Source: an uncultured Eubacteriales bacterium (GTDB taxonomy: Bacteria; Bacillota; Clostridia; TANB77; CAG-508). From it: a stretch of 33,474 nucleotides of DNA. How positions within the stretch are numbered: the stretch's first letter is position 1; the number at the start of each line of letters is the position of its first letter. The position numbers were made by a program, and so were the translations under genes. The stretch is taken from contig CAURYI010000002.1 in NCBI GenBank assembly GCA_963529075.1, positions 1 to 33,474 on the forward strand, in the 5' to 3' direction. Below, piece after piece: positions 1 through 10,401 of this stretch. The notes beneath the pieces are model-generated. The model made no database searches. It saw only the letters and a program-made list of their open reading frames with translations, and was not told the DNA's origin.

Positions 1-886
<886 letters not shown>

Positions 887-913
887 AAATACCTCCTTCA
901 TATAAAAAAACTA

Positions 914-940
914 TTAGCAGTCTTTTTATCTAACTGCTAA
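914..940 (-). promoter_or_regulatory. CIRCE-like HrcA operator (TTAGCAGTC-N9-AACTGCTAA) upstream of groES
   Basis: An inverted repeat TTAGCAGT...ACTGCTAA with a 9-11 nt spacer sits between a consensus promoter and the groES RBS. The CIRCE consensus is TTAGCACTC-N9-GAGTGCTAA. Confidence 0.8.
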
Positions 941-942
941 TA

Positions 943-971
943 ATTATATATCTTTTATATTTTGTTGTCAA
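943..971 (-). promoter_or_regulatory. SigA-type promoter of groESL (TTGACA-17 nt-TATAAT)
   Basis: The minus strand reads TTGACA (971-966), a 17-nt spacer and TATAAT (948-943), immediately followed by the CIRCE element. Confidence 0.7.
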
Positions 972-994
972 TTCATTTCACACAATAGTTACAT

Positions 995-2605
995 TTATCT
1001 TTTAGATTTTTTTATAAATTCTTTAAACAATGGTGCAACTTTATTAGGTCTTGATTTAAATTCTGGATGGAATTGCACCCCTATAAAAAATGGATGACTT
1101 TTTTCAGATAATTCTACAATTTCAATAAGATTTCCATCAGGTGATTTACCACTTAAAATCAAACCATTTTCAATACAAGTTTCCCTATATGCATTATTAA
1201 ATTCATATCTATGTCTATGTCTTTCAGAAATTTTTTCATTTTCATCATAAATTTTATAAACATAACTATGCTCATCTAGTTCACAAGGATATGCCCCAAG
1301 TCTCATTGTTCCACCAGTATTAATAATTCCTTTTTGATTTTCCATAATATGAATAACTGGATGTTTAACATCAGGTTTAAATTCTTCAGAACTTACATCT
1401 TCCAAACCTACTACATTTCTGACAAATTCAATAACAGTCATTTGCATTCCTAGACAAATACCAAGAAACGGAATTTTATTTTCCCTTGCATATTTTATTG
1501 AAGTAATCATTCCTTCAATTCCTCTTTCTCCAAAACCACCTGGAACAATAATTCCATCATATGGAGAAATTATATCAGAAACATTTGAATCATTTATCAA
1601 TTCACTATCAATCAATGTTGTACTAACTTTAACATCATTAGAATACCCACCATGTTTTAAAGATTCAATAACAGATAAATATGAATCATCCAATTTTACA
1701 TACTTACCTATTAAAGCAATTTTTACTTCATTATTATCTTCATTAACCTTTTTAATCTTATCAACAAGTTTAATCCATTCACCATTATTTGGTTCCACTT
1801 TATTCAAATTTAATTTCTTACAAACTTGAACAGCTAATCCATTATTTTCAAGCATCAAAGGAACTTCATATAAATCTTTAACAGTAGAATTTTCAATAAC
1901 CGCTTCTTTTCTTACATTACAAAATAATGCAATCTTCTCCTTCATTTTTTCAGGAATTTCTTGATCAGCTCTACAAACTAAAATATCAGGTCTAATGCCA
2001 AGTGCTTGTAGTTCTTTAACAGAACGCTGTGTAGGTTTTGATTTTAGTTCATTAGAACCTGAAATAAATGGTAATAAAGTTACATGAATATAGCAAACAT
2101 CATCTATATCAACTTCAAAGCCAATTTGTCTAATCGCTTCCACCATAGCTTGACTTTCAATATCACCAATTGTTCCACCTATCTCAGTGATTACAACATC
2201 AACATCAGAATTAATAAAATTATACACCTTTGATTTTATAGCATCAGTAATATGAGGAATTACTTGAACGGTTTTTCCTAAATAATCACCTTTTCTCTCT
2301 CTATTGATAACTTCACTATAAATCTTACCACTTGTAATGCTTGATGTAGCTGTCAAATTTACATTTGTAAATCTTTCATAATGTCCTAAATCCAAATCAG
2401 TCTCAGCTCCATCATCTGTAACAAAAACTTCACCATGTTCATAAGGGCTCATTGTTCCTGGATCAACATTAATATATGGGTCAAATTTTTGATTGACAAC
2501 TTTATATCCTCTATTTTTAAGCAACCTTCCAAGAGATGCTGCAGTTATTCCCTTCCCTAAACCAGAAACAACTCCACCTGTAACAAACACAAATTTAGTA
2601 TTCAT
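995..2605 (-). CDS. pyrG: CTP synthase
   Basis: 536 aa. N-terminus [30 protein letters not shown], a glutaminase domain with GICLGMQ and HRHRYEFN. These are classic PyrG motifs. Confidence 0.95.
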   Translation of the reverse strand: MNTKFVFVTGGVVSGLGKGITAASLGRLLKNRGYKVVNQKFDPYINVDPGTMSPYEHGEVFVTDDGAETDLDLGHYERFTNVNLTATSSITSGKIYSEVINRERKGDYLGKTVQVIPHITDAIKSKVYNFINSDVDVVITEIGGTIGDIESQAMVEAIRQIGFEVDIDDVCYIHVTLLPFISGSNELKSKPTQRSVKELQALGIRPDILVCRADQEIPEKMKEKIALFCNVRKEAVIENSTVKDLYEVPLMLENNGLAVQVCKKLNLNKVEPNNGEWIKLVDKIKKVNEDNNEVKIALIGKYVKLDDSYLSVIESLKHGGYSNDVKVSTTLIDSELINDSNVSDIISPYDGIIVPGGFGERGIEGMITSIKYARENKIPFLGICLGMQMTVIEFVRNVVGLEDVSSEEFKPDVKHPVIHIMENQKGIINTGGTMRLGAYPCELDEHSYVYKIYDENEKISERHRHRYEFNNAYRETCIENGLILSGKSPDGNLIEIVELSEKSHPFFIGVQFHPEFKSRPNKVAPLFKEFIKKSKR

Positions 2606-2629
2606 AAATGTAAATTCCTTTCAATAAAA

Positions 2630-3346
2630 CTATTTAATTATTGCATCAAGCGCAACTTTAATCATATCATTCAATGAATTTTGACGATCATCAGTAGAAA
2701 CTTCTTCCTTCTTAAATCTAGAATCCACAACAGATAATAAACAGCTCGCTTTTTTACCCAAAAATTTAGCCGTATAAAATAATGCAAATGACTCCATTTC
2801 AGTAGCAATTATTTTTAAATCCTTAGGTAATGATTCTAAAAACTCTTCAAATTTATCATCATAATAATCAAAAATTTCATTACAATTTACATTACCTCTA
2901 ACCAACTTAATATTATTTTCTTCAGCGCTCTTAATTATTAATTCATTAAGCTCAGTATCAGATTTAACTAAATGCTCATCAACATGTTTTAATGCAATTG
3001 CAAAATTTCCTTTAGTATAGCTATCTTCAACTAATATTGTATCAAGCAATTCAAGTTCTGGAGACAAGGCCCCACAAGTACCAATTCTTATAATATTTTC
3101 AACATCATAAAATTTATAAAGTTCATAAGCATATATTCCCATACTAGGCATTCCCATTCCAGAAGCAAAAACTGTAATCTCAACTCCCTTATATTTACCC
3201 GTATAACCATACATATTTCTAACTTTATTGACCACTTTACAATCTTCTAAAAAATTATCTGCAATATATTTTGCCCTCAGTGGATCCCCCGGCATCAAAA
3301 CATTTTTTGCAATTTCGCCATATTTAGCTTCATTATGTGGTGTCAT
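2630..3346 (-). CDS. deoD: Purine nucleoside phosphorylase, DeoD type
   Basis: 238 aa. VLMPGDPLRAKYIADNFLED...YTGKYKGVEITVFASGMGMPSMGIY...IRIGTCGAL matches DeoD-type PNP. Confidence 0.9.
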   Translation of the reverse strand: MTPHNEAKYGEIAKNVLMPGDPLRAKYIADNFLEDCKVVNKVRNMYGYTGKYKGVEITVFASGMGMPSMGIYAYELYKFYDVENIIRIGTCGALSPELELLDTILVEDSYTKGNFAIALKHVDEHLVKSDTELNELIIKSAEENNIKLVRGNVNCNEIFDYYDDKFEEFLESLPKDLKIIATEMESFALFYTAKFLGKKASCLLSVVDSRFKKEEVSTDDRQNSLNDMIKVALDAIIK

Positions 3347-3355
3347 AAAAACCTC

Positions 3356-4195
3356 CTAAATTAATTTTAAAAATATTAATATTAAATAATATAAAGCAAT
3401 AATAACTTTAAATATTCCTATAAATCTATAGTTTCCCTTTTGTAAGAAATCCATAAAACCTCTTATAATTAAAACAGATGAAATAAAAGAAAAAATAACA
3501 CTAATTGATAATAAAATCCATTCATTCAAATTAAATCCATAAAATAATGGTATATTTAATAAAAAATTTATAATATATGAAAACAATAACATATATAAAC
3601 CATATTCAAAAATAATATTTTTAGCCATACAAAAACATAATCCAATAATAATCATGATAGATAATAATGATACATCATGAAATATAGAACCTATTATTAC
3701 ATTAAATGAAGCTATTATAAAAACTTCTTTCCAACTAATTTCATATAAACTATTAATTTTATTTTCTTTTTTATTCATTTGAAGAACTATTATTAATCCA
3801 CCTAAAATAATCAATAAAACAATATTTACTATCTTAGCATCCAAAAATTTTATAATTACATCACCATAAATCTGTTTAACCAAAACATATACTATAATTG
3901 ACATAACTATCTTAAATAATAATTTAACTCTAGAAATATTAATTCCAATTTTATTTTCATCATCAATTCTTATTTTTTTAAATGGCCAAATACGATTATA
4001 AAATAATAATAAAATTGATAAAACAATTCCAATCTGTATAGTCACAAATAAAGCATTTCCAAAATTGATAGATAAATTATCAATCTTCATAAAAATATTA
4101 ACTAAATATTTATATGAATCTACACCAATACCAATTGATTGATAAATACTTCCAAATATTGAAATTATTATGATTTTAAAAATATTTAATATCAT
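3356..4195 (-). CDS. Polytopic membrane protein, divergent UppP/BacA-like (catalytic motifs not recognisable)
   Basis: 279 aa. FVTIQIGIVLSILLLFYNRIW and the C-terminal IRGFMDFLQKGNYRFIGIFKVIIALYYL resemble UppP segments ([44 protein letters not shown]). The E..LPVSSSGH and PGxSRSG motifs are absent. It lies 9 nt upstream of deoD, so the genes are probably in one operon. Confidence 0.4.
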   Translation of the reverse strand: MILNIFKIIIISIFGSIYQSIGIGVDSYKYLVNIFMKIDNLSINFGNALFVTIQIGIVLSILLLFYNRIWPFKKIRIDDENKIGINISRVKLLFKIVMSIIVYVLVKQIYGDVIIKFLDAKIVNIVLLIILGGLIIVLQMNKKENKINSLYEISWKEVFIIASFNVIIGSIFHDVSLLSIMIIIGLCFCMAKNIIFEYGLYMLLFSYIINFLLNIPLFYGFNLNEWILLSISVIFSFISSVLIIRGFMDFLQKGNYRFIGIFKVIIALYYLILIFLKLI

Positions 4196-4295
4196 ATTCT
4201 CCTCTTTTTAAATCATTTTATCATTATAAAAATTTATTGTAAACACAATTTTATTTTGATATAATATTTTTAACTATAATAGAAGGAGATATTTT

Positions 4296-5243
4296 ATGGA
4301 TATAATAGAAGACAAAACAACAAATGAATCGGAACCAGTAAAACATAAATCAAGAAGAAAAATAAAAAAATTTGATATTTTAAAAATAAGTCCGTCAACA
4401 GCAATTAAAATATCAGCACTAATTGCTGCAGGACTACTATCATATAGTTTTCCTAAGCAAAGAGAATCTGTTCAATTAAAAAGCCTATATACAGAAGAAT
4501 TTCAAACAATCGATACAGACAATCTATCAACTACAGCTGCAAGCATTGAAAATATATCACATGATATTATATCAAAAATAGATGAAGATTCATTTGAAAA
4601 AACACATAAATATTTAATAGATTCTTCAAATGAACTTATTGACGAATTAAATAACTTAAATAAAATTAGATTCAAACAATACTTTGAAGAAGCAGGAGTA
4701 GATACAAATCAATATCCAATATTCTCTGTAAGAATCAATTCCAAACAAGTTGATAACGTAAATCCATCAAATGAAAATAAAAACTCTTACTATTTAATAT
4801 GCAATAGCAAATATATTCAAGCTGATAATATTGATTCTGTAAAATTAGAAGCAAACTTACGTGAATTAGTTAATGAAAATCAAACACATTCAGACCAAAA
4901 ACATTCAAATTTTAAAAATAATTTAAAAAAATATGCTTCAGAAATATCTATGGAAAAATTAAGTGAATTAACACTATTAGATAATAATGGTAATTTAATT
5001 TCTATAAATAACGCCGAACTAGAAAAAAGAATAGAAGATAAAGAAAAAATGGAAAAAAACCCAATACAAAACTTTCTTTTTGGATCAAACAAAGCACAAA
5101 AAGAACATTTACAAAATATAAGAAAATCAAAAATAAAAAATCTTCCTAAAATCACAAATACAGAAATAAATGATTCTAATGATCCAGACTTATACCAGAC
5201 CATCGACTCTAAAAACACAGAAGAGTCTGAACCTGAAAGATAA
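4296..5243 (+). CDS. Hypothetical single-pass membrane protein (K-rich N-tail, one TM, N/K/E-rich low-complexity ectodomain)
   Basis: 315-aa ORF with GGAG upstream of the ATG. TM segment STAIKISALIAAGLLSYSF. I recognise no family. Confidence 0.6.
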   Translation: MDIIEDKTTNESEPVKHKSRRKIKKFDILKISPSTAIKISALIAAGLLSYSFPKQRESVQLKSLYTEEFQTIDTDNLSTTAASIENISHDIISKIDEDSFEKTHKYLIDSSNELIDELNNLNKIRFKQYFEEAGVDTNQYPIFSVRINSKQVDNVNPSNENKNSYYLICNSKYIQADNIDSVKLEANLRELVNENQTHSDQKHSNFKNNLKKYASEISMEKLSELTLLDNNGNLISINNAELEKRIEDKEKMEKNPIQNFLFGSNKAQKEHLQNIRKSKIKNLPKITNTEINDSNDPDLYQTIDSKNTEESEPER

Positions 5244-5245
5244 TA

Positions 5246-5279
5246 TAAAAAAAGCAATGAGTTATCTCATTGCTTTTTA
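5246..5279. terminator. Bidirectional intrinsic terminator between the 4296-5243 gene and spoVG
   Basis: Hairpin AGCAATGAG-TTAT-CTCATTGCT, flanked by an A-run upstream and a T-run downstream. Confidence 0.6.
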
Positions 5280-5585
5280 TTATTCACTAATTTCAGTTTC
5301 AGCATTTTCTTCGCTAACTTCACTTTCAGGAGCATTTTTATATGCTTCAAATATAGCATTTTGAATTTTTTCCCTAGCTGGTGAGTTTATTGGATGACAA
5401 ATATCTCTATGTTCACCAGTAAATTTATTTTTTCTACTTGGCATAGCAATAAATAATTCTCCATCCCTTCCCTCTAAAACTTTGATTTCACGTACAACAA
5501 ACTCATTATCAAAAGTTACTGAAGCAATAGCTTTAATTTTGTTATCTGAGTTTACCTTCTTAATTCTTACATCTGTAATATCCAT
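5280..5585 (-). CDS. spoVG: Septation/regulatory protein SpoVG
   Basis: [36 protein letters not shown]...AMPSRK...[17 protein letters not shown] matches SpoVG. The ATG at 5585 is preceded by AAAGGAGAA. The track ORF start (5609) lacks an RBS. Confidence 0.9.
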   Translation of the reverse strand: MDITDVRIKKVNSDNKIKAIASVTFDNEFVVREIKVLEGRDGELFIAMPSRKNKFTGEHRDICHPINSPAREKIQNAIFEAYKNAPESEVSEENAETEISE

Positions 5586-5758
5586 TACGTTATTCTCCTT
5601 TTGTTGCATATTGTACTTTTGTACTACCTATATTATACATTATTAAAATAAAAAATCATCACTTTTTCAAAAATTTTTTTACATTTTAATAACTTGTTTT
5701 TTACGACAAAATATATTATAATCAAATGTAGACATAGCACGGGAAAGGAGCTAAAAAA

Positions 5759-7144
5759 GTGGCAAACGTACAAGAATTAAAACAATATAGAAATATACAT
5801 TTAATTGGTATCGGTGGTACTAGTATGAGTGGTATAGCCCAAATATTAAAACATTGGGGTTACAATGTAAGTGGATCAGATGCTAATGCATCGGATAACA
5901 CTGATAAATTAACAAGTAATAACATATATGTCACAATTGGAAGTGATCCAAGTATATTAAACAATGTAGATTTAGTTATATATTCTGCAGCAATTCATGA
6001 TACAGATCCTGAATTATCAAGAGCTAGAGAACTTGGTATACCTACAGTTGAAAGAGGCCCTTTTTTAGGTCAATTAACACATTCATTTAGAAATACAATT
6101 GCAATTTCTGGAACACATGGCAAATCTACAACTTCTGCAATGGTATCAATGTGCTTTATAGAAGCTAAACAAGACCCAACAATACAAATTGGAGCAAATA
6201 TACCTGCAATAAACGGAAACTACAGATTGGGAAATAGTGAAAATTTCATTATTGAATCATGTGAATATGCAGATAGCTTTTTAAATTTTGCACCAAAAGC
6301 CGAAATCATTTTAAATATTGATAATGATCATCTAGATTACTTTCAAAATCTAGATAATATCAAAGCAGCATTCATAAAATTTGTAAAATTATTACCAGAT
6401 GACGGGATTTTAGTATATAATGCCGATGATGAAAATTCTTCACACATTTCAAAAAATACTAAAGCAAAAAGCATAACATTCGGATTAAAAAATAAAAGTG
6501 CAAATTTCATTGCTAAAAACATTTCATACGACAAAAATGGTTTCCCATCATTTGATGTATACCACAATAACAGTTTCTATAAAACAATAAAACTATCAAT
6601 TCCTGGCGAACACAATGTATTAAATGCCCTATCTTGTATCGCATTATGCAATGAATTTGGAATAGATAAAATAGATATAAAAAATGCATTATTAAAATAT
6701 ACTGGCGTTCAACGCAGATTTGAATATATCGGTAAAGTAAAAAATGCAAAAGTATTTGATGACTATGGTCATCACCCTACTGAAATCAGGGCAGTAGCAG
6801 ATGCCTTACATAAAAAACAATACAATCATTCATGGGTAGTATTCCAACCACATACATTCTCAAGAACAGTAGAACACTTAGATGAGTTTGCCGAAGTATT
6901 AACAAGCTTTGATAATATTATAGTAACAGATATATATGCAGCTCGTGAAACAAATACTTATGGAATATCATCAAGGGATATTATAAACAAAATCGATCAT
7001 TTAGGACGTAAAGCTTATTATATTTCAAATTTTGACGATATAATTGATTTCATAAAAAGAAACATTCAACCAAATGATATTATATTAACACAAGGTGCTG
7101 GAACAGTTACAAAAATAGCACATAAACTAGTAGATGAAGAATAG
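5759..7144 (+). CDS. murC: UDP-N-acetylmuramate--L-alanine ligase
   Basis: 461 aa with a GTG start after GGAAAGGAG. IHLIGIGGTSMSGIAQIL, ISGTHGKSTTSAM and DDYGHHPTEI are MurC/Mur ligase motifs. Confidence 0.93.
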   Translation: MANVQELKQYRNIHLIGIGGTSMSGIAQILKHWGYNVSGSDANASDNTDKLTSNNIYVTIGSDPSILNNVDLVIYSAAIHDTDPELSRARELGIPTVERGPFLGQLTHSFRNTIAISGTHGKSTTSAMVSMCFIEAKQDPTIQIGANIPAINGNYRLGNSENFIIESCEYADSFLNFAPKAEIILNIDNDHLDYFQNLDNIKAAFIKFVKLLPDDGILVYNADDENSSHISKNTKAKSITFGLKNKSANFIAKNISYDKNGFPSFDVYHNNSFYKTIKLSIPGEHNVLNALSCIALCNEFGIDKIDIKNALLKYTGVQRRFEYIGKVKNAKVFDDYGHHPTEIRAVADALHKKQYNHSWVVFQPHTFSRTVEHLDEFAEVLTSFDNIIVTDIYAARETNTYGISSRDIINKIDHLGRKAYYISNFDDIIDFIKRNIQPNDIILTQGAGTVTKIAHKLVDEE

Positions 7145-7186
7145 TAAAAAAACATATATTAACTTCAAGTTAATATATGTTTTTTA
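7145..7186. terminator. Bidirectional intrinsic terminator (murC / transglutaminase-like gene)
   Basis: A ~13-bp perfect stem ACATATATTAACT...AGTTAATATATGT, flanked by A7 and T5 runs. Confidence 0.65.
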
Positions 7187-8194
7187 TTATATTTTATAAT
7201 CAGTTTTAGATATTTCTTTATAAACAAAACTCTGTCCAGTTCTTGAAACATCTCCATTCTCAGTATGATTTTTAAAGAAAGTATCAGATCCCTTTAAAAA
7301 ATATTTATATTTAACATCATTACCAATTCTACCATTCCCTATTATTATAGGATCATCCCAAGTTGCATCAAGCGCATACCATTTTCCTTCTTCCATTTTT
7401 ATATAATTCCAAGCATGAGCTTCAATTTGATTACTAGAATTTATGCCATCGCCATTAACAACAATGCAAGGAATACCAATTTGATCACAAATATACTTCA
7501 TAGTATATGCATAGCCTTGACACATACATTTATGTTTTACCAACAATCCATAAATTGTATTATTATTAAAATCATCCTTTTGATTATAATCAGTATTAGC
7601 AATAATTATATCATGTATATATCTTAATTTATCATATCTTGATTTATACTTAACTGTTCCAGAAATTATTTTATCAGCCTCAAACTTGATCTGTCTCGTA
7701 GCAAAATTAATTTCCTCTTCACTACCAAATACTCTTGAAAAGTAAGGAGAATAATCCCCATTCATATTCTTCTTAGAAGGAGCTAATGAATATTGAATTC
7801 TATTCAAATTAACAAAAGTAGTTTTTCTCGTAATTAATGTAATATTTCTTGCATCTAAGAAAAAATATTCCGGTCTATCAAGCATTATAGCATCCCAAGC
7901 AGTTTGAAAATCCTTATCTTTAATTTTATCATCATTAGGAAACTTTATTTCTTGATTAGAAGATTTAAAAAGCTCGATATTACTCAAAATCGCAGAATAC
8001 ATAATTTTAGCACCATCACTAATTTGATTATAATAATATACTTTATATTCATCAGTTGACTCCACATTAACCATTTCAAAATTAGTAGACTCACTTCCCA
8101 TATGGTATATTGAATAATATATCACACCTGAAATTGAAATAATCAACAAAATCAACAAAATGTTGATAAATGATACTCCCTTTTTATTGCTCAT
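7187..8194 (-). CDS. Membrane-anchored transglutaminase-like (papain-fold Cys-His-Asp) domain protein
   Basis: 335 aa with an N-terminal TM (FINILLILLIISISGVIYYSIY). The core is CQGYAYTMKYICDQIGIPCIVVNG...EAHAWNYIKMEEGKWYALDATWDD, typical of the transglutaminase-like superfamily. Confidence 0.75.
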   Translation of the reverse strand: MSNKKGVSFINILLILLIISISGVIYYSIYHMGSESTNFEMVNVESTDEYKVYYYNQISDGAKIMYSAILSNIELFKSSNQEIKFPNDDKIKDKDFQTAWDAIMLDRPEYFFLDARNITLITRKTTFVNLNRIQYSLAPSKKNMNGDYSPYFSRVFGSEEEINFATRQIKFEADKIISGTVKYKSRYDKLRYIHDIIIANTDYNQKDDFNNNTIYGLLVKHKCMCQGYAYTMKYICDQIGIPCIVVNGDGINSSNQIEAHAWNYIKMEEGKWYALDATWDDPIIIGNGRIGNDVKYKYFLKGSDTFFKNHTENGDVSRTGQSFVYKEISKTDYKI

Positions 8195-8233
8195 TATAAA
8201 ATCCTTTCAATTTTTTCTACACCAAAATTACTA

Positions 8234-8268
8234 TAAAAAAATATAAGCTACTGAAATGTAGCTTATAT
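8234..8268 (-). terminator. Intrinsic terminator after the last pilin-like gene
   Basis: The minus strand reads ATATAAGCTAC-ATTTCA-GTAGCTTATAT followed by TTTTTTTAT. Confidence 0.6.
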
Positions 8269-8287
8269 CAATTTAAAATCAATTTAA

Positions 8288-8806
8288 TTAACCATTGACA
8301 TTAACAATTCCAGAAGATTGAGCAGTTATACTAGCATTCCCCTTGCCCGTTACTTTGTACATAAAGTTCTTCAAAACTTGTGAAATTGTTTTATTTGTAT
8401 TTTTAACTTCTACAGAAACCATATCACCTTGTTTCAATCTGTATACTCCGCTTTGACCTAAAGCACCTTGGATTTGATCATTATATTCTTTATAATAATA
8501 ATTTTCACCAACTTTTGTTGAAGCTGCTGTTGTTGTCTTTTTAGATGCTGATTCATCCAATACTTGTACTTGCATATCAACATTATAAGAATTTCCTGTA
8601 GCACCAACTGCTTTTACGAAACTATCATATTTATCACTTGTTATTTTTCCAGTAGATCTAATATTATCAACAAACTCCTGTGTTTTTGCTTTAACTACTT
8701 GTTGTGAAACATCATCAGTTCTATCAGCTGTTGACATTAATGGAAAAATGAACATTAAAACTGCTGCTAAAAATATAGCTCCAACTGTCATTAATGTATC
8801 GTTCAT
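8288..8806 (-). CDS. Pilin-like / minor-pilin-like protein P5 (short N-tail plus hydrophobic helix, Tad-like locus)
   Basis: 172 aa. N-terminus MNDTLMTVGAIFLAAVLMFIFPLM, AAGGAGG RBS, and a 24-nt gap from P4. The N-terminus diverges from P1-P4, so the assignment rests on position and architecture. Confidence 0.5.
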   Translation of the reverse strand: MNDTLMTVGAIFLAAVLMFIFPLMSTADRTDDVSQQVVKAKTQEFVDNIRSTGKITSDKYDSFVKAVGATGNSYNVDMQVQVLDESASKKTTTAASTKVGENYYYKEYNDQIQGALGQSGVYRLKQGDMVSVEVKNTNKTISQVLKNFMYKVTGKGNASITAQSSGIVNVNG

Positions 8807-8830
8807 ATAGTCCTCCTTATTTAAAATATT

Positions 8831-9742
8831 TTATTCTCTAATATAAATGTATTGAACAATCCTTTTTGTTTTGTCCTTAGTATTCTCTAAAAATCCTACA
8901 ACACGATTATTTTCATCAGTAAATTTATCAACAGAACCACTTAAAGAAGCTCCTCTATATTCACCATACTTTATATCACTGCCACTTGAAGCAGAATCAC
9001 TATAAATTGTATTTGTAGCAACCACTGTTGCTGAATAATTATATTGTCCAATTCTTTCTACAAATCTTGCTTTAGAATCAATCAATGATGTATTTAATGT
9101 ATAATATGCTCCAGACAGTGAAGTACTGTTATATGCTGCACCAATAATCATAGTATTATTATTAAATCTTTTATTTAATTCAGGATGTTTTAAAACAATC
9201 CTTGACATTGAATATTTCTGCATTACATCATCATTAATATTAATATGCAAGCCATTTACAATATCTCTAATAAAATTCATTGCAAACTGCCTATTATGAC
9301 TCCAAGGCTCCTGTCTTGCCATTTCATCATCCAAATCCAATCCATAAACATATCTATTTCCATCAATCAAATTTGAATTCTGTAATTTACTATCAAGTGC
9401 CTCCGTTGCATACAAAGGCAATGGCTTCATATCATAAATTTTACCTTCATCATTCATTCTTGCAGAATAAAATAAAATTGTAACTCCTTCATCATAATAA
9501 GAATACATCATAGGAATTACCGTATCAACTCCAACAATTTTATTTGAAGTAATATTAAGCTTTTTTCCATTATATTCTATATTATCAACATCATAAAAAG
9601 TTCTTCCATTATCAAGTTTACTCATTGTTTTCTTAGAAACACTTTGAACTTTTGAAAAAGAAAATATAGCTAAACTTAAAGCCATTACAAATAGTAAAAT
9701 AGCACTTGCCATTTTTAACGCATCAGATGCATTCTCGCTCAT
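8831..9742 (-). CDS. Pilin-like protein P4 (large, 303 aa)
   Basis: N-terminus MSENASDALKMASAILLFVMALSLAIF shares the EN-x-S-x-AL-x-[IM]-A motif with P1-P3. AGGAG RBS, 23 nt after P3. Confidence 0.55.
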   Translation of the reverse strand: MSENASDALKMASAILLFVMALSLAIFSFSKVQSVSKKTMSKLDNGRTFYDVDNIEYNGKKLNITSNKIVGVDTVIPMMYSYYDEGVTILFYSARMNDEGKIYDMKPLPLYATEALDSKLQNSNLIDGNRYVYGLDLDDEMARQEPWSHNRQFAMNFIRDIVNGLHININDDVMQKYSMSRIVLKHPELNKRFNNNTMIIGAAYNSTSLSGAYYTLNTSLIDSKARFVERIGQYNYSATVVATNTIYSDSASSGSDIKYGEYRGASLSGSVDKFTDENNRVVGFLENTKDKTKRIVQYIYIRE

Positions 9743-9765
9743 CCATATCTCCTACTTGTATAAAA

Positions 9766-10227
9766 TTATTTTGAGTTTGTTTTAATAACGATAATTCTTA
9801 TATAACCATTTCTATAATATGAAGCATCTGTTTCACCAAATGAATCTTCAATTGGATCATCGCTTTGTTTTGTATTATCTAATTTTACTGTATATGTCTT
9901 TCCATTTAAAATTTTAACAGATGATAAATTTGGTTGTGCAGCACCATCTAATACGATACCAACAACTGTATTTTCTCCCTTTGTTTTTGCTGTTAAATTA
10001 TTTGTATTAACAAGTGAAATTAATTGTTTAACATCAGATGCTGTAGCATTCTCTCCTATAAACTCTTGATATCTTTCATTATTAGCCATAGCTGCTTGTG
10101 AATCTACATTTCCTGATCCTTTAATTACTTTTTGAGCATTTTGAAATATTGTAACACCCAAACCAATTATTAAAATAGAAATTAAAATAGCACCTGCAAT
10201 AATTAAAGCTTTTGATGAATTCTCCAT
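9766..10227 (-). CDS. Pilin-like protein P3 (candidate major subunit, 153 aa)
   Basis: The internal ATG at 10227 is preceded by AAGGAGG and gives MENSSKALIIAGAILISILIIGLGVTIF, aligning with P1/P2. The track ORF's 28-aa extension (to 10311) overlaps the predicted promoter and has no RBS. Confidence 0.6.
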   Translation of the reverse strand: MENSSKALIIAGAILISILIIGLGVTIFQNAQKVIKGSGNVDSQAAMANNERYQEFIGENATASDVKQLISLVNTNNLTAKTKGENTVVGIVLDGAAQPNLSSVKILNGKTYTVKLDNTKQSDDPIEDSFGETDASYYRNGYIRIIVIKTNSK

Positions 10228-10264
10228 CTCTTCCTCCTTTGAATATAAAAAAATTACTAAAAGT

Positions 10265-10293
10265 ATTATAACATAATTTATAAAAATAAACAA
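10265..10293 (-). promoter_or_regulatory. Promoter for P3-P5 (TTGTTT-17 nt-TGTTATAAT, extended -10)
   Basis: The minus strand reads TTGTTT (10293-10288), a 17-nt spacer and an extended -10 TGtTATAAT (10273-10265), about 35 nt upstream of the P3 RBS. Confidence 0.5.
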
Positions 10294-10365
10294 TATTTTT
10301 AATTTTTTCATTATTATTGCAAAATCTTTATATTAAACAAAATTTATGTTTTTTTTTCATTACTT

Positions 10366-10401
10366 TTACATAAAAAAGAAACGAATTCAAATTCGTTTCT
10401 T
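10366..10401 (-). terminator. Intrinsic terminator immediately after P2, splitting the pilin gene row
   Basis: The minus strand reads AAGAAACGAAT-TTGA-ATTCGTTTCTT followed by TTTTTA. It starts 1-2 nt after the P2 stop codon. Confidence 0.65.

Noticed and set aside
3356-4195. A 279-aa polytopic protein considered as a PilD-like prepilin peptidase.
   Set aside because: It has no A24 motifs. Its segment-level similarity is to UppP/BacA instead, and it lies 4 kb away in a deoD-pyrG operon.
10228-10311. A 28-aa N-terminal extension of the P3 ORF (MKKLKILFIFINYVIILLVIFLYSKEEE) that looks like a signal peptide.
   Set aside because: There is no RBS before the 10311 start, and the extension overlaps the predicted extended -10 promoter. 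The internal ATG at 10227 has AAGGAGG and produces an N-terminus that aligns residue for residue with P1 and P2.
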